DNA of 31,229 bases from a virus (taxonomy: Duplodnaviria > Caudoviricetes): IMG/VR virus record IMGVR_UViG_3300017716_002651, positions 1-31,229 of that record; one strand, given 5' to 3'. The translations under genes were made by a program, and so were the position numbers. The stretch's first letter is position 1. Each line of letters starts with the position of its first letter. Shown piece after piece: positions 8,916 through 16,482 of this stretch. The notes beneath the pieces are model-generated. The model was not told the origin of the DNA. It searched no databases and saw nothing but the letters and a program-made list of their open reading frames with translations.

Positions 8916-9145
8916 GCACTGAAACACTTGAAGAAGCTGAAAAAGTTGCAAAACTAAAATATGGAGCTACTATATATGGTTTAGAAAGGGTAAATGCTTT
9001 TAAAGCAGGTGCTCAATGTCAAGCAGAAAGAATGTATAGTCAAGAAGAAGTTGAAGTAATAGCTAAAGATGCTTATACTATGGGTAGAAACAATATTCTT
9101 ATAGGAGTATTTAACAAATGGTTTGAACAATTTAAAAAGAAATAA
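8912..9145 (+). CDS. Hypothetical protein
   Basis: ETLEEA...FKAGAQCQAERMYSQEEV...WFEQFKKK; ATGA-coupled. Confidence 0.65.
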   Translation: MSTETLEEAEKVAKLKYGATIYGLERVNAFKAGAQCQAERMYSQEEVEVIAKDAYTMGRNNILIGVFNKWFEQFKKK

Positions 9146-9146
9146 T

Positions 9147-9380
9147 ATGACCGCAAAAGAAAAAGCAAAAGAGTTAGTTGATAAATTTTATCAATCACAA
9201 GTAGCAGTTTTATCTAAAAATGGAACTGCTCAATGGGATTTAATTGAATATGAAATAGCCATAAAATCAGCATTGATAGCAGTTGATGAAATAATAAATC
9301 ATCATTCACAAGAACAAGGATTGTATAGGATTGATACATATTATTGGCAAGAAGTAAAAAAAGAAATAGAAAAATTATGA
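9147..9380 (+). CDS. Hypothetical protein
   Basis: MTAKEKAKELVDKF...ALIAVDEII...YWQEVKKEIEKL. Confidence 0.7.
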   Translation: MTAKEKAKELVDKFYQSQVAVLSKNGTAQWDLIEYEIAIKSALIAVDEIINHHSQEQGLYRIDTYYWQEVKKEIEKL

Positions 9381-9664
9381 GCACTGAAGATTATATTAAA
9401 GATTTAGTATCTGAAATATCAGATAATGGATGTCTTATTCCAACAGATCTACTTACCCATAACCTACAAAACCTTGTTGACTTCGCAAAGGCTGAACAAG
9501 TAATTGAAGAAACTAAACGCTGGTCAGATGCTTTAGCGAAAGAAATAGAGCCTAAAAATATAATTTTAGACGAGCCTAAAAAAAAATTTAGAGTAGTCCA
9601 AAAAGGTATTTTAACCACAAATGAAAATGCCTATGGTGATGGGGCAGCAGATTTACCAAACTAA
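9377..9664 (+). CDS. Hypothetical protein
   Basis: MSTEDY start is ATGA-coupled to the previous stop. Confidence 0.6.
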   Translation: MSTEDYIKDLVSEISDNGCLIPTDLLTHNLQNLVDFAKAEQVIEETKRWSDALAKEIEPKNIILDEPKKKFRVVQKGILTTNENAYGDGAADLPN

Positions 9665-9666
9665 TT

Positions 9667-9945
9667 ATGATTAAAAAAGTGTTATCTTTTTCTGACTGGC
9701 TTAATTTTGGATTCACTCTTCCTAAAAATGATTCCTTTGCAAAATGGAATAAGGAAGGTAAGGAATTAAGGAAGTCAAGAATTGCTCAGATCTGTGATAT
9801 ATGTGATATTTCCAGCACCACTGTTATAAACATTGAAAAGGGAACATTCTATAAAGATATTTACGCTGAGGCAATTGTTAGTTTAGCTGAAATGCCATTG
9901 GTATTTAAACATAAAGAAAATTATTTTTTGGTGGATTTGGATTAA
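9667..9945 (+). CDS. XRE/Cro-like HTH protein
   Basis: IAQICDICDISSTTVINIEKG. Confidence 0.55.
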   Translation: MIKKVLSFSDWLNFGFTLPKNDSFAKWNKEGKELRKSRIAQICDICDISSTTVINIEKGTFYKDIYAEAIVSLAEMPLVFKHKENYFLVDLD

Positions 9946-9952
9946 CGCCCTA

Positions 9953-10025
9953 TAACGTTCCCACGATAGGGGCTGTTTTCCTATGCGGAAACCTACTTTC
10001 GGCAAATAGACCTTATCGTGTGTTA
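9953..10025. repeat. attC-like site S0
   Basis: TAAC-GTTCC-CACGATAGGGGCTGTTT...AAATAGACCTTATCGTG-T-GTTA. Confidence 0.8.
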
Positions 10026-10064
10026 TCAGCATACCACTAAATACTAATTTAAAAATAAATTCAA

Positions 10065-10358
10065 ATGAAAAATATAATGGATAGTTCGGAAACTTTTGAT
10101 GCTTATGCTGAAATTGATTTATGTTATTACTTATTAAAAATGTTATACGAAAATGTTTCAAAAGAAATCGCACCCATAAATAAAATGGTTGATGATGCTA
10201 CTGGAAAAACTCAATCGGAATTAACAGAAAATAGAAAAACTGCAATTAATTTACTTACAAGAATAATTACAGCAAAGAAGATAATTGAAGCTGACTATTC
10301 AGGTGATGAAACTATGTTATCAAAACTCCTGCTAATCGACAAAGTTGTGGGTTGCTGA
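10065..10358 (+). CDS. Cassette 1 hypothetical protein
   Basis: Flanked by GTTATCAGCATACCAC (10022) and GTGGGTTGCTGATAAC (ends 10362). Confidence 0.7.
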   Translation: MKNIMDSSETFDAYAEIDLCYYLLKMLYENVSKEIAPINKMVDDATGKTQSELTENRKTAINLLTRIITAKKIIEADYSGDETMLSKLLLIDKVVGC

Positions 10359-10449
10359 TAACGTTTTCGGGGCTTTGCGTAGTAGCCCTTAGTAGAAACT
10401 TAAAATTAACCACGACACTTGATAGGGATATTACGCAAAACCCTTTTTA
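10359..10449. repeat. attC-like site S1 (GTTA degenerate to TTTA)
   Basis: TAAC...GGGCTTTGCGTAGTAGCCCT...AGGGATATTACGCAAAACCC...TTTATGTGC. Confidence 0.8.
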
Positions 10450-10486
10450 TGTGCCGTTTTTATTCACAATTTAATATCAAACAAAA

Positions 10487-10714
10487 ATGTCAGAACAAGA
10501 ATTTTACCGAAAAACAGATGAATGTATTGCTCGTTTCAAAAATGGAAAAGAACGATACAGAAATTCAGCAACATTTAACAGAGTAGTTCAAATGCTTGTT
10601 AGAGATGCTGACCCTTACGAAATTATTGACCATTTATGTCAGATGTCAGATGACCAAACAAAAGCATTTGAACAATACATTCATCGTGATACTCGTCCGA
10701 TGGTGATGTCTTAA
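10487..10714 (+). CDS. Cassette 2 hypothetical protein
   Basis: 75 aa; ends in AAAATTGCACCTAAC. Confidence 0.7.
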   Translation: MSEQEFYRKTDECIARFKNGKERYRNSATFNRVVQMLVRDADPYEIIDHLCQMSDDQTKAFEQYIHRDTRPMVMS

Positions 10715-10723
10715 AATTGCACC

Positions 10724-10846
10724 TAACGTATGGTGCTTTGCGAAGGCGGGGCATCGAAGAACAAATGTTGAATTAACCACAAAAGATAATTAGATGCAGA
10801 AAGTTGAAAATATAGATAAAACCCCGCTTTTGCAAAGCACGTGTTA
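10724..10846. repeat. attC-like site S2
   Basis: TAAC-GTATG-GTGCTTTGCGAAGGCGGGG...CCCCGCTTTTGCAAAGCAC-GT-GTTA. Confidence 0.85.
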
Positions 10847-11528
10847 TAAGCAGCCTTTTCGGGTGTTGAATTGCTATGCAGGTATTGGAGGTAATCGTAA
10901 ATACTGGGATGGAAATATTGAAGTAACAGCCATTGAGTTTGATGAAAATATTGCAAGTGTTTATAAAGACTTATATCCAAATGATAATGTTATTGTTTGT
11001 GATGCTCACGAATATCTTTTAAACAATTATGAAAACTTTGATTTTATATGGTGTTCACCGCCTTGCCCTACTCATTCAGTAACTAATCATTTTTTAAATG
11101 CACAAGGAATTAAACGCTATCCCGATATGAAATTGTATCAAGAAATAATATTACTACAAACATTTTTTAAAGGGAAATACATAATTGAAAATGTGAAAAG
11201 CTATTATGAACCATTGATTAAACCGCAGATTAGTGGCAGACATTATTTCTGGGCAAACTTTAAAATTCCTTTGCTAAAATTTGAAAAACAAATAGGCCGA
11301 ATGAATGGAAAGAAAGCAGATTTAGGCGGTAAAATACAAGCAGAATTAAGAACAAACAACCATAAGAAGCTCGGATTTGATTTGTCTAAATATACAGGTA
11401 TTGATAAAGAAAAAGTTTTGAATAATTGTGTTGCTCCCGAAATTGGACTTGCAATATTTCAAAGTGCTTTGGATATTTATGATGCTTCAAAAGTCGAACA
11501 GATTGGATTATTTACGGAGCTCTCATAA
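10794..11528 (+). CDS. Cassette 3: small C5-cytosine DNA methyltransferase
   Basis: Motif I VLNCYAGIGG, motif IV SPPC, motif VI IIENV, late NNCVAP; ATG lies in the loop of S2. Confidence 0.85.
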   Translation: MQKVENIDKTPLLQSTCYKQPFRVLNCYAGIGGNRKYWDGNIEVTAIEFDENIASVYKDLYPNDNVIVCDAHEYLLNNYENFDFIWCSPPCPTHSVTNHFLNAQGIKRYPDMKLYQEIILLQTFFKGKYIIENVKSYYEPLIKPQISGRHYFWANFKIPLLKFEKQIGRMNGKKADLGGKIQAELRTNNHKKLGFDLSKYTGIDKEKVLNNCVAPEIGLAIFQSALDIYDASKVEQIGLFTELS

Positions 11529-11537
11529 GGTTGCTTA

Positions 11538-11664
11538 TAACGGTTTGCAGCTACCAGAAGGGCGGGATTTAGAAAACGAAATTATCAAATTAAAAATAAA
11601 ATTATGTTAGAAAACGAAAACATCAATGAACCACAGAACCCCGCCTTTTTGGTAGGTTCTGTTA
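11538..11664. repeat. attC-like site S3
   Basis: TAAC-GGTTT-GCAGCTACCAGAAGGGCGGG...CCCGCCTTTTTGGTAGGTTC-T-GTTA. Confidence 0.85.
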
Positions 11665-12026
11665 GTGGTAGTGCTTTTCGGCAATTGAAATCATTTTGCT
11701 GCGGGCCTACTCGATTTAAAATTGAAGAAGCTATTAATGAAAGACCAATAGATGTTGTTTCAATTACTGGCGATGGGAATGTTTACATTGTTTTTTATTA
11801 CGAAAAGCAATTCTTCAATTTTAAAGAAACTAAACCGCCTATTGGGGTTGAAGTAATGGCTCATTCAAAAAATTGGATACACGAAGATTATAACAAAACA
11901 GGCATAAGAGTTGGATTTTTGAATGAAGATGAAAACGGAGAATTTATTTCAGCAAAATGGGATAATTCAGGAGATACTTATGAGAATTGCGAAGAAGATA
12001 AGCCTGATGTGTGGTGGTATTTTTAG
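11604..12026 (+). CDS. Cassette 4 hypothetical protein (DUF551-like C-terminus)
   Basis: ETKPPIGVEVMAH...KPDVWWYF; ATG lies in the loop of S3. Confidence 0.65.
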   Translation: MLENENINEPQNPAFLVGSVSGSAFRQLKSFCCGPTRFKIEEAINERPIDVVSITGDGNVYIVFYYEKQFFNFKETKPPIGVEVMAHSKNWIHEDYNKTGIRVGFLNEDENGEFISAKWDNSGDTYENCEEDKPDVWWYF

Positions 12027-12035
12027 CATTACCAC

Positions 12036-12161
12036 TAATGGAGGATTATTTGCGTTTGGTGGGGCGTTACACCACCAAAGATTATTAAAAGCACAAAATT
12101 TTAAAATATGCAGACAGATTCTAAAAAGCACAAAACCCCCACTGACGCAAATAATGTGTTA
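12036..12161. repeat. attC-like site S4 (TAAC degenerate to TAAT)
   Basis: TAAT-GGAGG-ATTATTTGCGTTTGGTGGGG...CCCCACTGACGCAAATAAT-GT-GTTA. Confidence 0.8.
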
Positions 12162-12392
12162 GCGGCTGGTTTTCGTTCGCTTCGTGAGGCAAAACGATTT
12201 TCAAAAATGTATGCTTTATTACAAATTTTAAATAGTCAAGTCGATGCTATGAACGATGCTGCTACAATAGTAACAGATTTTCAAAGTGAATGGGCATACA
12301 CAGAACTTTGCCGAATGAATTTACCTGATGGATTTGATAGACTTGGAAGTTTTGATGAGGCATTACGGTGGTTTTTTCAAACTTGCCGATAA
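12108..12392 (+). CDS. Cassette 5 hypothetical protein
   Basis: ATG lies in the loop of S4; flanks GTTAGCGGCTGGTTT / AAACTTGCCGATAAC. Confidence 0.6.
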   Translation: MQTDSKKHKTPTDANNVLAAGFRSLREAKRFSKMYALLQILNSQVDAMNDAATIVTDFQSEWAYTELCRMNLPDGFDRLGSFDEALRWFFQTCR

Positions 12393-12468
12393 CGGTATCG
12401 GGCTTGGCGAAGTGGCTGAACCCGAATTAAAATAGAATTACTAAACTTAAAAATTAATCAATAATAAA
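12390..12468. repeat. Half attC-like site S5 (right arm missing)
   Basis: TAAC-GGTAT-CGGGCTTGGCGAAGTGGC resembles the left arms of S1 and S7; no complementary arm or GTTA before the ATG at 12469. Confidence 0.7.
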
Positions 12469-12711
12469 ATGGGAGCATCAAGAGAAACTTGCGATTTATT
12501 TTGGATACTGCAATTAGCAAAAAAGTATCCCGACAACAAACAGTATTATTACAACCGTTTTTGGTATGTGATAAAACATCAACCTAAACTTATGTTTGAA
12601 GATACTTTTTTGCAGATATGGTGCAAAATTGTAGGACATAAGAAATATGCACCTGATAACGATAATCCAAAAGAAATTGCTTGTAAACGGTGTCATAAGT
12701 GGGTGTCTTAA
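12469..12711 (+). CDS. Cassette 6 hypothetical protein with Zn-binding motif
   Basis: WCKIVGH...CKRCH; ends in AAAATAGCACATAAC. Confidence 0.65.
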   Translation: MGASRETCDLFWILQLAKKYPDNKQYYYNRFWYVIKHQPKLMFEDTFLQIWCKIVGHKKYAPDNDNPKEIACKRCHKWVS

Positions 12712-12720
12712 AATAGCACA

Positions 12721-12782
12721 TAACGGTTTGCAGCTAACAGATAGTTTTTGCTTTTCGCAAAAATTTTGGTTAGGTGCGGTTA
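12721..12782. repeat. attC-like site S6 (short)
   Basis: TAAC-GGTTT-GCAGCTAAC...TTTTTGC-TTTTC-GCAAAAA...GTTAGGTGC-G-GTTA. Confidence 0.85.
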
Positions 12783-12828
12783 GCAGATAGGCACGGTTCA
12801 ATTAGTAAAAATTTAATTATAAATACAA

Positions 12829-13134
12829 ATGGAAAACTCAAAACAAAGTGAAGTATTCTTTCAACTATTTACACAAGTAAGAAAAGAAGTTGCAGACGAA
12901 AACGGCTACCACTTAGCAACTGCAATAATGAAAACTTTTGATAGGTGGAATATGTGGCAAACGGGTATGCCTGAATTTGATGGCAAATATCTTGTGCTAA
13001 TTGAACACGAACAGGAATGTAAAAATGTTTGGAAGTATCAAGAAGTTGTTGATTGCATCTTTAATAATTGGGTATTGAAAGACAAGCAAAAAGTAATAGG
13101 ATGGAAAAAATTATCAAACGAAGACGGTCAGTAG
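12829..13134 (+). CDS. Cassette 7 hypothetical protein (DUF551-like C-terminus)
   Basis: WQTGMPEFDGKYLVLI...VIGWKKL; flanks GTTAGCAGATAGGCAC / GTGCTTTCTGCTAAC. Confidence 0.65.
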   Translation: MENSKQSEVFFQLFTQVRKEVADENGYHLATAIMKTFDRWNMWQTGMPEFDGKYLVLIEHEQECKNVWKYQEVVDCIFNNWVLKDKQKVIGWKKLSNEDGQ

Positions 13135-13144
13135 TGCTTTCTGC

Positions 13145-13270
13145 TAACGGTTCTCGGCTTGGCGAGGTTGGGGGTTTAAAAACACAATCGCTCAAATTAT
13201 TACTAATGTTTAATAAAAGTACAAATGTTTAAATTAGCACAAATGCCCCAATCTTGCCAAACCGATGTTA
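13145..13270. repeat. attC-like site S7
   Basis: TAAC-GGTTC-TCGGCTTGGCGAGGTTGGGG...CCCCAATCTTGCCAAACCGA-T-GTTA. Confidence 0.85.
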
Positions 13271-13926
13271 GTGGCAGTACGGTTTATTTAATGGACTGTA
13301 TCGCCCTAATGAAAGAATACCCTGATAAGTATTTTGATTTGGCTGTGGTTGACCCACCATATGGAATTAATGCTGATGTAAAAAACAGCACTGATAAAAA
13401 GCAAAGTAAAAAAAGTGCTTCCAACTCTAAAAAGTATGGTGAGCAAAAATGGGATGCCGATGTGCCGACCAAAGAATATTTTATTGAGCTTTTTAGAGTA
13501 TCAAAAGAGCAAATTATTTGGGGTGTAAATTACTATCCATTTGACTTTTTAGCTGGTGGTAGAATCTACTGGGATAAATGCGTAACGATGCCAACTTATA
13601 GCGATGGCGAACTTGCTTATTGTTCTTTACTAAATAGCATAAAATCTGTTAAAATAGCTTGGCACGGTATGATACAACACGATATGAAAAACAAAGAAAC
13701 AAGAATACACCCAACTCAAAAGCCTATAAAGCTATATGATTGGATATTCCAAAACTTTGCAAAGGAAGGCGATAAAATACTTGATACACATTTAGGAAGC
13801 GGAAGTAGTCGGATTTCAGCACACAAAGCAAAATTAGACTTTACAGCTTCAGAGCTTGACCCTACATATTTTGCAAACCAAGAAAAAAGGTTTAACGATT
13901 ATAAAAGTCAGCTCACTTTATGGTAG
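13225..13926 (+). CDS. Cassette 8: N6-adenine/N4-cytosine DNA methyltransferase (beta class)
   Basis: DPPY, HPTQKP, ILDTHLGSGS in beta order; ATG lies in the loop of S7. Confidence 0.9.
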   Translation: MFKLAQMPQSCQTDVSGSTVYLMDCIALMKEYPDKYFDLAVVDPPYGINADVKNSTDKKQSKKSASNSKKYGEQKWDADVPTKEYFIELFRVSKEQIIWGVNYYPFDFLAGGRIYWDKCVTMPTYSDGELAYCSLLNSIKSVKIAWHGMIQHDMKNKETRIHPTQKPIKLYDWIFQNFAKEGDKILDTHLGSGSSRISAHKAKLDFTASELDPTYFANQEKRFNDYKSQLTLW

Positions 13927-13979
13927 TCGGTAGTATTGCCACTAACAAGTTTATACACGCAATTCAATAAATTGAACCT

Positions 13980-14201
13980 ATGGGAATCAACGAAATACAA
14001 AATCAAATAGTAAATTCAGTTCAAAATAATGAACTAAGTAACGATAATTTGGTGCAAATAATTGAACTTTGCGGAACATTTTTGAACTTGCAAACTATTC
14101 CAAAATATGCCAAAGAACACAATCTAAGCTATAACGGAGTAAAGAAATGTAGGGAAGTAAAAGAGATACTAGGAGTTAAATTTGTAATTGATAATAATTG
14201 A
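13980..14201 (+). CDS. Small putative HTH/excisionase-like DNA-binding protein at the array end
   Basis: LQTIPKYAKEHNLSYNGVKK followed by a beta-wing-like VKEILGVKFVID. Confidence 0.6.
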   Translation: MGINEIQNQIVNSVQNNELSNDNLVQIIELCGTFLNLQTIPKYAKEHNLSYNGVKKCREVKEILGVKFVIDNN

Positions 14202-14230
14202 TGGAAATATCATTTTTATATTTATATTTG
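14198..14230 (+). promoter_or_regulatory. Bacteroidota-type promoter
   Basis: TTG-N22-TATATTTG. Confidence 0.6.
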
Positions 14231-14232
14231 TA

Positions 14233-14341
14233 GTGCTAATGTTTAATACTAAATCCATAAAAATAATAAAATAAAAATATTGCAGCTCTAATGGGGTTCA
14301 ACTCCTTTTGGTGTTAAACATTAGCACCCATTAGACTGCAA
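14233..14341 (+). ncRNA. Structured (pseudoknot-like) 5' leader of HNH gene 1
   Basis: 14233-14253 pairs with 14307-14327 (21 bp, two G-U); 14280-14295 pairs with 14327-14341; order A-B-A'-B'. Confidence 0.7.
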
Positions 14342-14351
14342 CAATACTATT

Positions 14352-15008
14352 ATGGAAGAAATTTGGAAAGATATTCCTGGTTACGAGGGTTTGTATCAGG
14401 TAAGCTCTTTTGGTAATGTTAAGTCTTTTAAACGTGGAAAAGAAAAGATAATGAGATTATCATTAACTAATGGTTATCTAAGAGTTAGATTATGTAAAGA
14501 GAACCAAAAAAATATGTTTTCATCCCACGTTTTAGTAGCTATGGCATTTCATGGTCACATTCCTGATGGGTTTAACATAGTTGTTGACCATGACGATAAT
14601 AACCCTTTAAATAATCGTGCTGATAATATAAAATTGATTACTCAACGTGAAAATGCCAGTAAGGATAAAAAAAACAAAACGAGTCAATATGTTGGTGTTT
14701 CATGGAATGAAAGGGATGGGAATTGGGTAACTAGAATTAGATTTGGGAAAAGATATATTCATTTAGGATATTTTGAAACTGAAATTGATGCATCAAATGC
14801 TTACCAAAAGGCTTTTTCAGAATGGGAACAAGGACTAGACTTGAATGTGTTATATCCTAAAAAAATAAATTCTAGCCAATACAAATATGTTTATTGGAAT
14901 AAAAATAAGTGTAAATGGATTGCTGAGTACAAAGGTAAATATTTAGGTCATTTTGATACAGAAATTGAGGCACACAAAGCAGTACAAAAATATATATTAA
15001 CATTATAA
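14352..15008 (+). CDS. NUMOD4-HNH-AP2 homing endonuclease
   Basis: EIWKDIPGYEGLYQVSSFGNVKS; VDHDDNNPLNNRADN; two AP2-like SQYVGV/LGYFETEIDA units. Confidence 0.92.
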   Translation: MEEIWKDIPGYEGLYQVSSFGNVKSFKRGKEKIMRLSLTNGYLRVRLCKENQKNMFSSHVLVAMAFHGHIPDGFNIVVDHDDNNPLNNRADNIKLITQRENASKDKKNKTSQYVGVSWNERDGNWVTRIRFGKRYIHLGYFETEIDASNAYQKAFSEWEQGLDLNVLYPKKINSSQYKYVYWNKNKCKWIAEYKGKYLGHFDTEIEAHKAVQKYILTL

Positions 15009-15009
15009 A

Positions 15010-16482
15010 ATGGCTAAAAAAGTAAGATTTTCAGGTATAGATGTGGGTGGTAAATTAGTCCCTCAGGATGTTTCTATTGAGGAAGCAATACTTGGTGTTC
15101 TTATGATTATTCCAAATTCTTTTGAGATTATAGAAAGTATATTAAAAAAAGAAGTATTTTATAAGGATTCACACCAAAAAACATTTCAAGCAATATCTGA
15201 TTTACACAAAGAAAAAGGTAAAATAGATATTTTAACAGTCACAGATAAATTAAGAAAAAAAGGTGAATTAGAATTAGTAGGAGGATCGTTTTTTATTACC
15301 CAACTTACCAATAGAGTAGCATCTTCAGCACATTTAGAATACCATTCAAGAATACTTGTAGAAAAATACCTTTCTAGGGAGCTTATTCGCATATCAGGAG
15401 AATTTCAAGTGAGAGCGTTTGATGATGAGGAAGATATTTTTGACGTACTAGACGAGTTCCATAGGGATATTGATGAAGTCAGAAACTATATGACTGATGA
15501 TGGTAACGATGTTCCATTAGGAGTATCAATTGATGAGCGAATTGAGGAAAAGGTTAAGATGGTTAGTGAAGGTATCACCATGACTGGGATTACTACTGGA
15601 AACCCTAAATTGGATAATTTAATTTCAGGATTCAATAAAGGTTGTGTATATGTATTTGGGGCAGCCCCTTCAATGGGTAAATCGGTTAAATCTTTAAACT
15701 ATGCTAAAATAGCGGCAGAATTAGGTAATAGAGTATATGTATTTTCCCTTGAAATGAGCAAAAGAGATTATATTGATAGATTTTTGAGCGAAGAAAGTAA
15801 AATACCATTGTCTGATTTCAGGGCTAACAGGTTAACAGAATACGATATTGAAAAAATGAGGGCAGCAGGTAAAGCATTCAAAAAACTTCCAATTTCAATA
15901 GATGATAACCCAAGCACAAATACAAATTATATTCGTAAAAAATTAAAAGCAGAAATTAAAAGATTTGGTGCAGTTCATCTCCTTATTATTGACTATGCAC
16001 AGCTATTAAAAGCTAATGAAAAAGCAAGTAGTAGGGAACAAGAAGTATCAAATACAGTAAAGGATATAAAAGTTATTGCTAAAGAATTTAACATCCCAGT
16101 AATTCTGCTTGCTCAAATTGGTAGAGGTATTTATCAGGTTTCGGATCGTAGGCCATCACTATCTTATCTTAGGGAAAGTGGAGAAATTGAGAACTCAGCA
16201 GATTTTGTAGGATTAATATACCGCCCAAGTTTCTATCACGACCTTGAAAAACACCCAGATAGAAACGATATGGGCAGTAAAATTGCTTCAATTGACCAAT
16301 TTGAATATGATTTACTATCAGAGCTTATAGTAGTTAAAAATAGAGCAGGATTGCCAAATGTTGTTCTTTATGAAAAGTTTTATGGGCAATTTTCTTGCTT
16401 TAGAAATGATAATTTATACAATAATACCGAGATATTTATTGATGAATCAGAAAATTCAGATATTATTCCATTACCATTTTGA
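15010..16482 (+). CDS. dnaB: Replicative DNA helicase DnaB
   Basis: N-domain PQDVSIEEAILG; Walker A GAAPSMGKS; FSLEMS; IIDYAQL; LRESGEIENSAD; KNRAG. Confidence 0.96.
   Translation: MAKKVRFSGIDVGGKLVPQDVSIEEAILGVLMIIPNSFEIIESILKKEVFYKDSHQKTFQAISDLHKEKGKIDILTVTDKLRKKGELELVGGSFFITQLTNRVASSAHLEYHSRILVEKYLSRELIRISGEFQVRAFDDEEDIFDVLDEFHRDIDEVRNYMTDDGNDVPLGVSIDERIEEKVKMVSEGITMTGITTGNPKLDNLISGFNKGCVYVFGAAPSMGKSVKSLNYAKIAAELGNRVYVFSLEMSKRDYIDRFLSEESKIPLSDFRANRLTEYDIEKMRAAGKAFKKLPISIDDNPSTNTNYIRKKLKAEIKRFGAVHLLIIDYAQLLKANEKASSREQEVSNTVKDIKVIAKEFNIPVILLAQIGRGIYQVSDRRPSLSYLRESGEIENSADFVGLIYRPSFYHDLEKHPDRNDMGSKIASIDQFEYDLLSELIVVKNRAGLPNVVLYEKFYGQFSCFRNDNLYNNTEIFIDESENSDIIPLPF

Larger units (their letters stand above)
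9945..13979. mobile_element. Integron-like gene cassette array (8 cassettes, attC-like palindromes, no integrase in window)
   Basis: Each gene body lies between GTTA-N10-12 and its own reverse complement N10-12-TAAC; genes are separated by 62-127 bp TAAC...GTTA imperfect palindromes. Confidence 0.85.

Noticed and set aside
11428-12162. ORFs 11428..11610 and 11923..12162
   Set aside because: They overlap better-supported genes and simply run through the GC-richer palindromes.
9945-13979. CRISPR array or simple terminators as an explanation of the repeats
   Set aside because: Units are whole genes, not 30-40 nt spacers; repeats share structure, not sequence; hairpins mostly lack U-tails, and terminators would not explain gene-spanning GTTA/TAAC complementarity.
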